This document shows positions 38,272 through 51,632 of a stretch of DNA of 64,000 nt, one piece after another. Below the pieces are notes generated by a model. The model had not been told where the DNA came from. It did not search any database and worked only from the letters and a program-made list of their open reading frames with translations. The position numbers were made by a program, and so were the translations under genes. The stretch is from positions 22,630,001 through 22,694,000 of the forward strand of contig OX597816.1 of NCBI GenBank assembly GCA_951406725.2, given 5' to 3'. The number at the start of each line of letters is the position of its first letter. Position 1 is the stretch's first letter. The DNA is from Octopus vulgaris. Taxonomy: Eukaryota.

Positions 38272-38408
38272 GTGAGTGCGTGTATGTATGTGTGTACATA
38301 TGTATCTGTATGTACGTATATATATATAAATATATACATACACACAGAGAGACATACACACGCACACACGTAAATAAACCCACATACACACTCATGTACA
38401 TATATACT

Positions 38409-38478
<70 letters not shown>

Positions 38479-38610
38479 GTATGTATATATGTATGTATGT
38501 TTGTATATACAAATGTACATACACATATATATGTATATGTGTGTGTGGGTGTATGTGTGTGCGCGTATGTTTATGTGTGCTTATGCGTGTCTGTATATAC
38601 GTATATGCTG
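38165..38610. repeat. Complex TA/TG/CA low-complexity tract
   Basis: Read directly. Confidence 0.9.
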
Positions 38611-40250
38611 AATTAAAGCTGTCTCATTCGTAGAAGAGAAATCAGCAACTTCCATTTCTATTTTTATTATTTATTATCTATAATTATATATTTATATTTT
38701 ACGTTCCTGCTGTTCTTTGAAAAATTGCCAAACCTGGTATCAAATATCTATTTTAATTATATTAAAGGAAAATAACATTTTAAACTGTCTGTATCAGTCA
38801 ATTTTTTTTCTTTTATAAAAAGTTATTGTAAATTTGTTTACTTTTGGAAATAAATATGTATGTTCTTGATGTTTCCCGCTACATTAGGATATGTCTATCA
38901 CATAGCATTACAGCCCCCACTCACAGTTCTTCTATTTACTAAAAATATTTCTCACTATTCTAAAACACATGCTGCGTTACTTATACGACGTGAATCGAGA
39001 GCTGGCGACAAATTATACTAAATTGTCTATCATCTATCTATCCATATATATATATATATATATACAAGCATATACACATACATACATACATACATACATA
39101 CATACATACATACATACATACATACATACATACACACACATATATACATAATATATATATTACGTATATATGTTCTAATTCAGCTTATTCGTATAGCACT
39201 GAAGAGCATCTGTCCTCTTTGCGTTCCCGTTAGTTAACGCTTATTCTTTCTCCTATGCTACGGGTTGTCGCTTCAATGTAGCGTAGGTGAGTGAACAAAT
39301 GAACCCTGACAAGGCGTATTCGGTTCACGATCGTAAGGTCGTGAGATCGGTTCCTAGTTGTGCGTTGTGTCCTTCAGCTACGCGCCTTCCTCATCAAGAT
39401 TACCATATGAAAAACAAACAAAACGCTTTTGAAATATTAAACTTCCTAGCATACTTCCATGAACGAATTTTAATATTTGCCTTTAAAAATATCTATTTTT
39501 ATCCTTTGTGTTTTATTTGTTTCAGTTGTTAGAATGCGGTCATGCTGGGGCACTGCCTTGAAGAAATTTAGCCAAAGGAATCAACCCAGTACTTGATTGT
39601 TAAATTAATTATACTATCGAATAATTTATATTATCGAACGCTTTTGCAGAACCGCTAAGTTACGGTGATTAAGGACATTTTCCCAAGTGGGACCTAAACC
39701 GGAGTCATGTGTTTTAGAAACAAACTAATTACTACAAAGCTAAGCCCGTGGTCGTTTTAGTATTTTAGTATATATCAGTGCAAAATTAAGTTTCTAATTT
39801 AACAGAAAATAACGGTTAATTCTGTGTTTTGGTCATTGTTAAATTCTTTCGTCGATATCTGTAAGTATGTAGGTTATTGTGGGGTCACTGACTTATGTTA
39901 TACTGCATGAATTCTTATAAGAGAACCTGTGCATTTTTGTTAGCGATAACACCCCAGAACTATACTTTGGGTTTGTAAAAAGCAAAGTTCGAAATTTACC
40001 ACAAATTCTCTATATCATACATTCTTCCTGTTAATGTCCATTGTCCAAGAAAAATCAATGAACTATCTTTAGAAAAGAAACATGAAAGGCAGGAGTTTGC
40101 TTTAAAATGAAATAAATGGTTTTATACGCCAGGTTTATATGTAGGTAAATACAACTAACGAAAACTATTTATCGCGATTCTTTCTTGTTTGCGAATATGT
40201 TTTTAACCTATTTCTTTTCCATACATAATTTGACCGATTATGTAAATAAA

Positions 40251-40294
<44 letters not shown>

Positions 40295-40296
40295 CA

Positions 40297-40347
<51 letters not shown>

Positions 40348-40731
40348 GAAATATGTTACGAAAAGAAAATATAAAATACACGTGGAAATGTAAGGGTAAA
40401 ATATGAAAAATCAACGAAAATGCATATTGCAAATAGAAAAAGGCTATTTATGACAGGTAACGACAAATATATACATTTAGATTGACTGAGGTAGTAATAC
40501 GAGTCATAAAAGTCATTATTATGAGATGATTATAAGATGATAATAATAAAGTAAGAGAACAAAACGAACCAATGATTTACGCAAACTATTCATCGTTTGA
40601 AATACCGGTTTATACGAAAGAAGGTTTGAAAATGCAATTTTAAAAGATGTTTATTTAGTTTAGCGGTTTCAATCTTTAGAAAAAGATTGTCAAAAGTAGC
40701 ATGTAAAAGTTTGGTTGTGTTAATTATTGGT

Positions 40732-41065
40732 TGTCACAAAATGCTACAATACATATATAGAGTCTTTGGTAACAAGGGCATGTTAAGGACATAAAAATGT
40801 TTAACATGTTCATGAAAATATTGGGCACAAAATATTCCAACATCAATATACATTCTCGAGAAAATGTTAAAGATAGTTTCCAGAAGGAATTATTAAAAAA
40901 GTTCAGTGCAATATTGGTATTGTATATGTAGATTCATACACGCACAGAATATTGGCTGTCACAAAATACTACAGTACATATATACATACATTCTTTGTTG
41001 ACAAGGACATGTTAAGAACATAAAAAGATTTAACAAGTTCTTTAAAATATTGGGCACAAAAGATT
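40732..41065. repeat. Diverged ~105-bp direct repeat pair (40732-40835 and 40958-41065)
   Basis: TGTCACAAAAT.CTACA.TACATATATA ... AAAATATTGGGCACAAAA.ATT in both. Confidence 0.8.
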
Positions 41066-41094
41066 ATGAATGTATGTATGGAAGTATATACATG

Positions 41095-41138
41095 ACATGC
41101 ATATGTATGTATGTATATATGTGTATATGTGTGTGTAT

Positions 41139-41212
<74 letters not shown>

Positions 41213-41350
41213 GTGTATGTATATATATATATATATGTGTGTGTGTGTACATTTATGCGTATGCGTATGTACAATTGTGTGTTCCCTTTACGTCTTCGTC
41301 TTTTGTCTTTTGTTTTCTGTAAATTTGATCTGCCTGCCTGTCTGTGTATC

Positions 41351-41422
<72 letters not shown>

Positions 41423-41432
41423 TGTGTGTGTG
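41095..41432. repeat. (TA)/(TG)/(GA)n compound microsatellite
   Basis: Read directly. Confidence 0.92.
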
Positions 41433-42021
41433 CCTGTAATTTTGTTTTCTTTTACCTCTTAGAAAAAGTAAACGTCATCATTACAACAGTCTCCTATAAT
41501 TATATTCTTAATATTCAATTGACGTATGTCAATGAATGTGTTAAAGCGTATAATTTGAAAATTACTGTATTTGTGTTTTTAATTTCAGCTTTTTGAAACG
41601 TTAAAATTACTTTTGTTTTTAGCCTAAGTTATAATTGGTTGCGTTATAATTGGAATAATATATTTTCTTTTCTTTGTTAACATAGACAATCTTTTTACTT
41701 ATTAGCACATCTTCCTCTTGTTTCGTGCTATTGAAGTCATCGGTTTCTCCATACCCACTCTGTTTTCTGCTTTCTATAGACATGTCATTATTTCGATTGC
41801 TAAACGAGAAGAATAACTATCTACATATCCATACAGTTTTCGATGAGGTTACTGAATTATCAGACACGTCCTTTTCAATATTCTGTCATTCTCTACTACA
41901 CAATATGAACTAGTTTTTCCTATTGTAGGAGAGCATATAGTAGGTATTAACGTTTTAAATATCTTCATGGGAATATATTCTATTCAACGCTGATTCTAGT
42001 GACTTCATTTTTTTCCTCCCC

Positions 42022-42092
42022 AAAAAAGAAAAGCTCTACTTTGTAATTTGTCCCCTCTATGTTCAGCCCTGTGTGGCTAATAAAGAAACATA
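42022..42092 (+). mobile_element. Isolated 3' terminus of the Tx1/L1-like LINE family
   Basis: AAAAGAAAAGCTCTACTTTGTAATTTG...GCCCTGTGTGGCTAATAAAGAAACATAT matches the reverse complement of 274-343. Confidence 0.88.
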
Positions 42093-42274
42093 TATATAGG
42101 TATGTGTATGCCTATGTCTGTGTGGGCATGAATGTGTGTATGTCTCTGAGAGTGTATATGCATACATATATATGTATATATTTTTAATCCAAACGGGAAA
42201 ACAGAAAAAACAACAACACGTGGAACAATTACAGTATTATTATTAATAGGCGCTCAGGAAAGATGGAAGCAGGA

Positions 42275-42313
42275 ATGTATGACGTTTCGAGCGGAGCTCT
42301 TCGTCGGAAACAT
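42275..42313 (-). ncRNA. Minimal hammerhead-like motif (U4-to-C core variant) in a probable Penelope-like fragment (~42185-42400)
   Basis: Minus strand reads atgttt-CCGACGA-a-gagc[tcc]gctc-GAAA-cg-TC-atacat. Confidence 0.6.
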
Positions 42314-42797
42314 AAAGAAGGAAGAGAGAGGAAAGAAAGATCCCAAGGTGGGCAACAAGAGGGAGAAAAAAAAACGACTGGTGTTTACGAAGTACACATG
42401 GTGAAAGGCGGAAATATTCATACGTTTATACCTTTGTATGTATAAAATGAGATAGATAGATAGATAGATAGATAATACATATATACATATATACATAAAT
42501 AGTGGAAATTATGATCAACGCTGGTATAAGCATTTAGGTCCAACATTTATTTCACTATAGCAGTTATTTTGAACAAACCATTGCATGTGCATTTGCAGTT
42601 GGGCATGTCATCCAATTACGATAGGAACATCTCATGGTGAGTTTGATATAACTGCAATGGTGAAACATACGTAGCAGCCAAATATTTCGACTGATGTTTA
42701 TGCTCTCTATATCATTAAAAGTAACACTACGAAATACAGTATACGGAAAAACATTACACTGGGAGCCGACTGGATAATGGTAGTCTATGTACACATG

Positions 42798-42862
<65 letters not shown>

Positions 42863-45800
42863 AGCAATGACCATTCCGTATGTATAGTAAGGCTACCATT
42901 GGTTCCATGTAAGAAATATCTCAACATTCTGAAGCTGATCACATAGAAAAATTAGTGTTCATTTCCATTTTGGATTAAAACAAGAAAAATAATAAAATAA
43001 TACGGGAAGTCACAAGGATTTACGGTAAAGAAAAACAAAAATCAAGAGAGACAACTCCTGGATAACAAATCTTGGATGATTATCTCCCTTTCGAAAAATT
43101 TATGCTGATCGGAAAGTTTGTTTATGTAAAAAGAGACGATAAGCGATGGCTAGAAGAATATTGAGCCTTAATTGATAACCAGCTGATCTAGCAAGGGGGG
43201 CCTCATATCAGTGAGGTGGGCCGGTGCGCATTGATGCCGTCAAGATGTAGACCCCGAAACGGCGCGCATTCTCTCCTGATGATCTCATACACTTGCTGGC
43301 TTCCGGTATGCGGAGTTTTTGACTGGTAGCACTTGCATGTGCAAGTTGTTTGAACGACATACATATATACATACATACATACATACATACATACATACAT
43401 ACATACAGGACTTCCATACGACTTCTGTCTCAGATTTCAATCAAAAAACCTCTAAAAGATACGATGTTGCATATGTTCAAAGGCCGTTACATTGTAGATC
43501 ATGCGACAGAATTCCTCCAGTTGAGCACTTGCTGAAGAAGAACATTTTTTTATTTCCTATACTTCGTCAAATTCTATTACCATTCTTCTGATAATGTCGA
43601 TTCTGTATTTTATATTCATATTCTCTAATTTTCTGTTCGTGAAACTTTTCCTGTTTTTTTGTCAACGTTGTCATTTTTAAAGAAAAGGAATGTTTTGTTA
43701 TACGTAACCTAGATTTCCTCTTTACTGCTACGGCTATTAAACGCATTATTTTATTTGCTGTTTCAATGTTCAGGCTTTCTGATGTGGAAAGTATTTCTTG
43801 AAAACTTCGGTTATATTTGGCTATCATTTTCCGGCAATATCGCTACATTCATAACTGGCGGCTTTGTTTTCGCTAAGTTTCTATTTTATTGTTTGTATCG
43901 TCTGCTGACTGTCGTCTGTTATTCTTTCCGGTGCTCTGTACAATATTGTTCTCTATTTCATTATGTGAGGACTCTAGGGACTGCTTTACGTTGCGGCTGG
44001 ATGTTGAATTATAGTTTACATAAGACGGGAGGTTTTTCAGTTGTCAACATCTTCGTTGTCTTGTAATCTATGTTTCGCTTGATTTTGTTTCTTGTTCGTT
44101 TTGGTTTGTTGTCCTCCATTTTGATATGTGGGCATACTCTAGTTTCATGTTATTATTATTCCATTGATATCTAGAATGCATTCTATTAAAGCAAACTAGC
44201 GTATGACACCCAATTACTATCTTATTTTATCAGCAGTCGAATGAGCGTAAGGGAAATAGAAATAATGTCTTTGGTATCTAGCATGCTGCTTCCTACACGA
44301 TAAGGTAGGCGGATTTACTAGGTCTCACTCCCCTTAAATATGTTTCTACACAGCCTTGGTTTTTATCTTATTACGCAAAAATTTCTTATATTCACACGCT
44401 GACATAGAGCCAAGGTTGAACACCTTATTCACAAATTACCGAATCTGGAACTTAACTATGGTCTGTCTATAGCACTTATTCAGCTTTACCTGACACCTTT
44501 GGGTCTCAATGACACCATTATCTCACACCGCTGTACATGCCAGTTTTGTTTATGTTCACTGTAACTTAGCAAAAGAGACTAATAGAATTAGTGTTGTCTT
44601 CGTCAACTAAACTCTTGGAGTCGGTACTCCAAATATGGCCGCAGTCTAATAAATGAAACAAGAAAATGACAAAAGAATAGTTCTTTGATTTGCGCTTATT
44701 ATTGTTTATGTATCCAAGTTCTTTCTTTAGCGTACTTCAGTTCAGTTTTCCTCTTAGATCTTCGTTATTTATTATCCAAATTGCTGTTGTATTTGTTGGG
44801 TGTAATATGCCTCTGTAGCGTACCTGTAAATTTTCAAGCTATTGTTATTTCCAGTTTCATTCAACACGTTCTTGTTTACTTGTTTTCATGTTTGCTTGTT
44901 TGTTTATTTGTTTAATTTTACTTTCGTTTTATCTTCATGGACGTTAGCTTTTGAAGCAAACCTTTTGTTGGGATTAAATGTTTGAAAGGAAATCCTTTCC
45001 GCGTTTATGATACATGCATCGTGATCGCATTAAATTCACAATAGGCAGGTTTTCATTATTATTAGAATTATTATTACTGTTGCTCTTTATGTATTTTATT
45101 GCAAAAAGACGTGTTGCCAAGTACCTCCAACTTGACTTGTTATTAGCTTTGTTGTTTTTATTCTATTATTCTGTTTTTGTTCTATTGTGATTATATTGAG
45201 AAGACGATAGCTGAATTCCTATATATCTTTCCAAATATCTTGCCAATTTAAGGGATAAAAATTTTAATTAGAATTTGTTTCTGCTTCAAAGCAAAAATTT
45301 ACATTAAAAGTGTTATGGCGGTGAAGATGTTAGACGTTTTCAATAATATCGGCACCTGCATTCATCCTTCAGATGTGGGGAAAGAAAATGTGTTATATAT
45401 AAATATAGGGAATATTTTGCTCAAATAACTACTATGATTGCAACGTTAATAGCAACAATAATTCTTTATGAATAATACAAACAATCGTAAAAACAAAAAA
45501 TATCATACGAATGTTGATATTAATTGCAACATTAAACTCACAATGAGGCAGCCACTGTATTGTTATTTCACCTGCTAAAATATTACCCAAATTTCCGTCT
45601 AATCACACCTTACTACCATAAAAGGATAAATCTCGTCAGAAAAGATATTGCCCGATAATGTTGTCTTAGATATACTATGCATCATAATGTTATTCGTTAA
45701 CCATTGTTCAACGCGGTCAGTGATAAGTAGTTTACTACAATAAGAAGAACCTTGAAAATATTCTCTGTAAACGAAAATATTTTCTCTGAAAAACGAGAAA

Positions 45801-46343
45801 AAATGTTAGTCCTAAATCCGTAGGTGCTTACATATATTTGAAAGTCGACATATTCAGCAAAAGATTTGGTCGTGTGATAGTACAGTGCATGTCAGTAGGG
45901 AGTAAGAAATATTGCTTCCAAAAGAAAGGAGGAAGCGAAATGACAGTAGCATTTATTTGGATCTCCTACATAAACCAAGATGATTGCTGACAGATCATCG
46001 TAATGTGAAATATTTGTTATGATTGCACCATTTCGGATCCATTGACTCTTCGAAGTGTTGTAGTGTCGGAATATTTCCCGGTATAAATAGCAGCTGACGT
46101 GATCGACTCTGTGGGTATACTCGGATTTAGTAAAGACGGAAAAACCAGAAACAATGTAGGAAACTTGACACAGTGTATCGACTGCATAATTTACTCTTGA
46201 CGTTTATCAAATTTTAGTTTATCCGTCTTCATAATATTTTCAGTTTTGGTAACGTTCATGTCAAAGAAAAAAAATCTAACCTTTCGCTTCTTTTAAGTCA
46301 TTTGTTTTCATTCTTCAACTATGCAGTGTAACTGTATCACTTA

Positions 46344-46737
46344 CTAGCAGTATCGCCCGGCGTTGCTCGGGTTTGTTTCGACCCTTTAGAATTGGAATTT
46401 TTGAAAAATAAAAATTTTGCACTATGTAGCTTGTTATTTTATTTAAGTGAACATTTTTCTAGTTAGAATACACCGAAAAATGGTGACACAGCTGTCAAAA
46501 AATCATAAAAAATAGGGATTTTCATAGAAAAAAAACCCACCTTTTTTTATGTAAATAATTTTTGGTGTTAACATGGTCCGATTTGAATGTTTATACTACG
46601 GAATGAAGAGCAAGCCTTCTTCTATCATACTTTCAATTTTGATCAACTTGCGCCCCAGGGTCTCGGAGGAGATAGTGTTAGTTGAAGGTTACCAAACCTG
46701 CCATACACAGACAACTTCAGCTTTATATATAGAGAGA
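46344..46737 (-). mobile_element. Non-autonomous Helitron (family 1), copy 2
   Basis: Colinear with 18041-18420; TC...hairpin...CTAG, inserted between A and T. Confidence 0.88.
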
Positions 46738-47404
46738 TCAGGTCTCAGTTGGAGCGGCGTAAATTTCAGCACCAAACATCAGATACTTAACAGCTTTTGT
46801 GTGTTTTTCAAAAGCTCATATGCGTATTCCACTCTTTAATTGATTGTGCTTAACACACAGACACAGACCAAATCTCTAACTAGACAAGTACTTCTCTAAC
46901 ACTTTCCTACTGTTTGCTCACAACCTAAATATATATTTCTACAATAAAGCCAGTTTCTACTTTGTACATTATTGTTTCTTTATATACGTACGTAAGTTTT
47001 CTCTTCATTTTTTTTTTACGTCGTGTCTTCCTCTAACACTAATCACATTTTCTTTCGTTATTTCAAATGAGTAATCTCACGGTGTTTACATAGTATTAGT
47101 CTGCTGTTTATATTTGTTCCGGTATTTTGTTTTATGTAGGGTAGTTATATTCTGTTTATACAAAATTCAGTGCTAGTGGCTTCAGGACGCTGCTGGTAGT
47201 TCCTTGCTTTCTCTCTTGCTAAACAGCCCAATATACAATATTTTCCATTTTATTATTTTAATACAGTAGTTTATAACTTGAGGGCAGATGTATCTTTTCC
47301 TATAATCTAATGTCAAGCATTGAGGTTAATTTTATATTATTACTCTTCAATAATAGGCTTTTCTAATTTTCCCTTTCATTTCAGCGTTGTAGTTTATAGC
47401 TGTT

Positions 47405-47787
47405 GTGAAGGTGCAATGGCCCAGTGGTTAGGGCTGCGGACTCGCGGTCGTAGGATCGCGGTTTCGATTTCCAGCCCGGGCGTTGGGAGTGTTTAATGAG
47501 CAAAAACACCTAAAGTTCCGCGTGCCTCCAGCAGGGGATGGTGGTGAACCCTACTGTACTCTTTCACCACAACTTTCTCTCACTCTTTCTTCCTGTTTCT
47601 GTTGTGCCTGTATTTCAAAGGGCCAGCCTTGTCACACTCTGTGTCACGCTGAATCACCCCGAGAACTACGTTAAGAGTACACATGTCCGTGGAGTGTTCA
47701 GCCACTTGCACGTTAATTTCACGAGCAGGCTGCTCCGTTGATCGGATCAACAGGGACCCTCGTCGTCGTAACCGACGGAGTGCCACG
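47405..47787 (+). mobile_element. SINE family C, full-length, tail variant 1
   Basis: A box TGGCCCAGTGG, B box GGTTTCGATTTCC, ending GTCGTAACCGACGGAGTGCCAC. Confidence 0.92.
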
Positions 47788-48108
47788 ACTTGTAGCTTTA
47801 GCCTACTGGTAAATTGGTAGAATACTTGTGTCCTCAGCACACAGGGTCTGGTAGTATATATTCCAGCTCTTTCTTACTAATATCCGACGAGGTACAAATA
47901 AATGTCTAACTGTATAGAAACAAAGTGAAATTACTTTAAAATGTTGTACTAAAATAGAGAGGAAATTCTAAAATAATGCGTTGTGAGTTAAACTCGTTCT
48001 TTGTTTTTGTTTTTCTTTTTCCTATCTTAATCCTTTCCAATCTTATGTCAATTAGCACAAACGTTAAATCTCTGAGCGAGATATAAACAGTAGCAATACG
48101 GAACCATA

Positions 48109-48455
48109 ACATATAATTGCCAGCCAAGTGTAGCGTCCTATACGAGACAGTGCTACTGTTGTTTATATATTTCTTCCAGCCGGCCAACGACACACATTCA
48201 GTGTCCAATTAGTATTTGCGAGGGGAGGTTATCGCTCCCATTTCCTAGCCTTACGTGATAACACTGACTCGAGTTTCTAGGTAGTTACCCGTCCTCAGCG
48301 TGTGTTAATCTTTAGCTAGTGATGAAAACTCACTCCACTCGCAAAATACTAATCGGACGCAGAATTAGCCAGCTGGAAGCGATGTCTTCCTGGGACTATA
48401 AACGTCAGTAGCACCGTCCTGTATAGGACGCCACACTTGGTTGGCAATTATATGT
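48109..48455. mobile_element. MITE/foldback with ~115-bp imperfect inverted arms
   Basis: ACATATAATTGCCAGCCAAGTGTAGCGTCCTATAC vs GTATAGGACGCCACACTTGGTTGGCAATTATATGT; inner arms GTCCAATTAGTATTTGCGAG vs CTCGCAAAATACTAATCGGAC. Confidence 0.85.
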
Positions 48456-48923
48456 CACAACAACGCAAAAGTACATTTATCGTTGTGTTCATGATATTTC
48501 GTAGCTCTACTCTTCCTCTGCAACTGTTATTTATAGTTTTTTGAGATATGAATAAAATTTATAGTAAAAAAGAAAAAAAGCGAACAAATTTATCTGACAA
48601 CGCAATTTGCAATCATTAGCAAATATTGTTTTCAGTATTTATCTGTACCATCATATTCATTAAGTGATCGTTCTGACGTTCAATATTTATACACAATCGA
48701 GATATAGATATTTGGCGAGGAAAGAATTAACGCTGGGCAATTACTGCTGCTATTTATTTCATTGAAGCATCGGGGGAGTCGACTATGGAGATTCATAATT
48801 TTAGATTTTAGATTCATAATAGCTTGCATCCCAAAAATGATTAATAGACGAATAATTAAATACAGTTACCTTATTACATACTGGTTGGCATAGAAATCGT
48901 TATGATTTAGAGAAGCCCGCGCG

Positions 48924-49081
48924 AGGCGTGGCTATGTGGTAAGAAACTTGCTTCTATACCACACGGTTCCGATTTCATTCATAATGCATGGTAACTAGGG
49001 CGAGTGTCTACTACTATAGCCGCAGGCTGACCAAAGCCTTGTGAGTAGATTTGGCAGACGGAAACTGGAAGAAGCCCGTCG

Positions 49082-49112
<31 letters not shown>

Positions 49113-49480
49113 TGTTCTACTCTTTTACTTGTTTCTGTCAGTTGACTGCGGCCATGTTGGAGCACCACCTTTAGTCGAGCAAATCGACCCCAGGACTTGT
49201 TCTTTGTAAGCCTAGTACTTATTCTTATCGGTCTCTTTTGCCGGCCGAACCGCTAAGTTACAGGGACGTAAACACACCAACAAGTTGTCAAGTGATGGGG
49301 GCAAACCCAAACACACAAACACACCCATACACACACGCATACGACTTGGCTTACACACAGTTTCCATTGATCAGAGTCAATCGTAAAACACACTTGCTCA
49401 TAGTCCCTTACAATAAGACTGAACCAGAAACCGGGTGATTGCAATGCGAGCTTCTTAACTACACAAGCATGCCTGCACCT
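48924..49480. mobile_element. Two SINE-B copies in opposite orientation (+ head 48924-49085; - copy 49118-49480)
   Basis: Family matches on either side of a (TA)n run. Confidence 0.8.
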
Positions 49481-49702
49481 AGTATGAAGTAGAGCTTCCA
49501 CCTAAATGGCATGAATAAGCTTTCGAAAGAACTACGCAAATTTACAAATTCACCGATTTGAAATTAGGAAAAGCTGATAGAATTTACATTACCACTGCCG
49601 CAGCAGCTTTCACCACGTGTAATTTCACCAACCGAAGTAAGTACTTCAGTTATCTAAAACACAAGTTATATCTGAGAAAGAAATAGAGACTGATTGTCGG
49701 AG

Positions 49703-49783
49703 TTTGTAGGTGATTAATACTATCTATTTGTAGTTGCAGGTGATTAATACTATCTAGGCTTTGTAGGTGATTAATACTATCTA
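49703..49783. repeat. Three copies of a ~24-bp unit TTTGTAGGTGATTAATACTATCTA
   Basis: Read directly; 3-7-bp gaps between units. Confidence 0.9.
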
Positions 49784-50689
49784 TCTTAAAGTTTCGAGTA
49801 GCATTTCACATTCGAATGTACAAGAATATATTTAGAAAAAATATGCAGATCACCATTTTTTTTCTTGCTATTCAACATACATATAACACATTATTAATGG
49901 TTGGCAATTAACAGCACTGACCGCTAAAGAAGTTTCTCTGCTGAAGTTTTAAACAAGTGCCTCGAATTCTTTTTTAGATTCCTCAGAGCGGAATGCCTTT
50001 AGTTAGTGAGTCACAACGATTGCTCAGAGTCCGTTGCGCTGATAAGTCGAATGCGTTACGAACACAGACTCAGGATACAGAAGACGTTGATCTTTGACGA
50101 AACACAACAGCAGTTAACATATTCAGGCTCAATTCTCTCAGGACGTATAGCTCAACGTCATTTAAGATTATTGTTTCAAAATTTTACTGCTTCAAATTAA
50201 GATATCTTACTGTTGCAGAAAGCATGATGATCCCTATAGATTAGGGGACGCCATCAATTGACTTGGAATTCGCTTGACAGTTCAAGTAAAGTCAGTAGAA
50301 AACCCTGCATATAGGATGCAAGAAGATTTCAGTGGTAACCAAACGAGAATGAGCAGCGTTTCGGGGGGCCTTCGGTGGCATCATACAGCTCAAGAAAGCA
50401 CGTTGATTCTTAAAGAATAAGGAATACTATCAACATGTTAGTGTTAGTGTAGATGCTCGGAAGTTTAAAATTTTAAATTTGGATCTGAGGCAATTTACAA
50501 ATAATTCCCGGAATAAGGATATATGGAGGCTTGTTGGTTTTATTCAAATAATAGTATGGTAATACTAACAAATTCTTGGAATATCTCATTCTATTCAATT
50601 AGACTATGAATATCTAGTTTCAGTGAATAATTTATTGCTCGGAAATTGGAATCCAGTCTTAGATTGTGCTCGGTGATAGCTTGCTTTAC

Positions 50690-50863
50690 AGTATTTGTGT
50701 GTGTGTGTGTGCGCGTGCATTTTTGGATATGTGTGTGTCTCTGCGTGTGTGTGCTTGTATGTGTGTGCTTACTTGCATGTATGCGTATCTGTCTGCCTGT
50801 TTCTCTGTGGATATATATATGTATATATATATATATGTATATATATATTTATGTATATATATA

Positions 50864-50896
<33 letters not shown>

Positions 50897-51077
50897 ATAT
50901 GTATATATATCTATATTTGTATATATGTATATATATGTATATGTATATATACATATGTGTGTATGTATATATGTATATATATATATGTATATATATTTAT
51001 GTATATATATATGTATATGTATATATATGTATATATATATACATATATTTGTATATATATATATATATATGTACATA

Positions 51078-51118
<41 letters not shown>

Positions 51119-51238
51119 GTATATATGTATATATATATATGTATATTTATATATATATGTATATATATGTATATATATATATATGTACATATATATATGT
51201 ATATTTATATATATATATGTTTTTTTTATATATTTATA

Positions 51239-51286
<48 letters not shown>

Positions 51287-51405
51287 TAAATATATATTTA
51301 CATATATATGTATATATATATATATATAGGTGTGTATATGTCTACTATATATCTATCTAAATCTCTCTTTATATACATGCATGTGTATGTGTGTGAGTGT
51401 GCGTG

Positions 51406-51463
<58 letters not shown>

Positions 51464-51632
51464 AATATATATGCATATATATGTACATGGATATGGGTAT
51501 GCATGTAGATATACATATATTAGTGGCCTCACATGTATGTGAATACCTACTGCTATACGCACATACATGCATACACACGTACACACACACGTGTATGCGT
51601 GCCTCTGCGTGTGTGTGTGTGTGTGTGTGTGT
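50690..51632. repeat. ~0.9-kb complex (TA)/(TATG)/(TG) array
   Basis: Read directly; source of the YI-repeat ORFs. Confidence 0.95.

Noticed and set aside
47405-47482. tRNA gene
   Set aside because: A and B boxes are present but run into a multi-copy SINE body, with no clear acceptor stem or poly-T terminator; this is a tRNA-derived SINE head.
49703-49783. CRISPR-like 24-bp repeats
   Set aside because: Only three units with 3-7-bp gaps, no cas genes and a eukaryotic context.
50646-51360. Long ORFs rich in YI/CV/HT dipeptides (here and throughout)
   Set aside because: Translations of (TA)n, (TG)n and (CA)n microsatellites, which lack stops in some frames.
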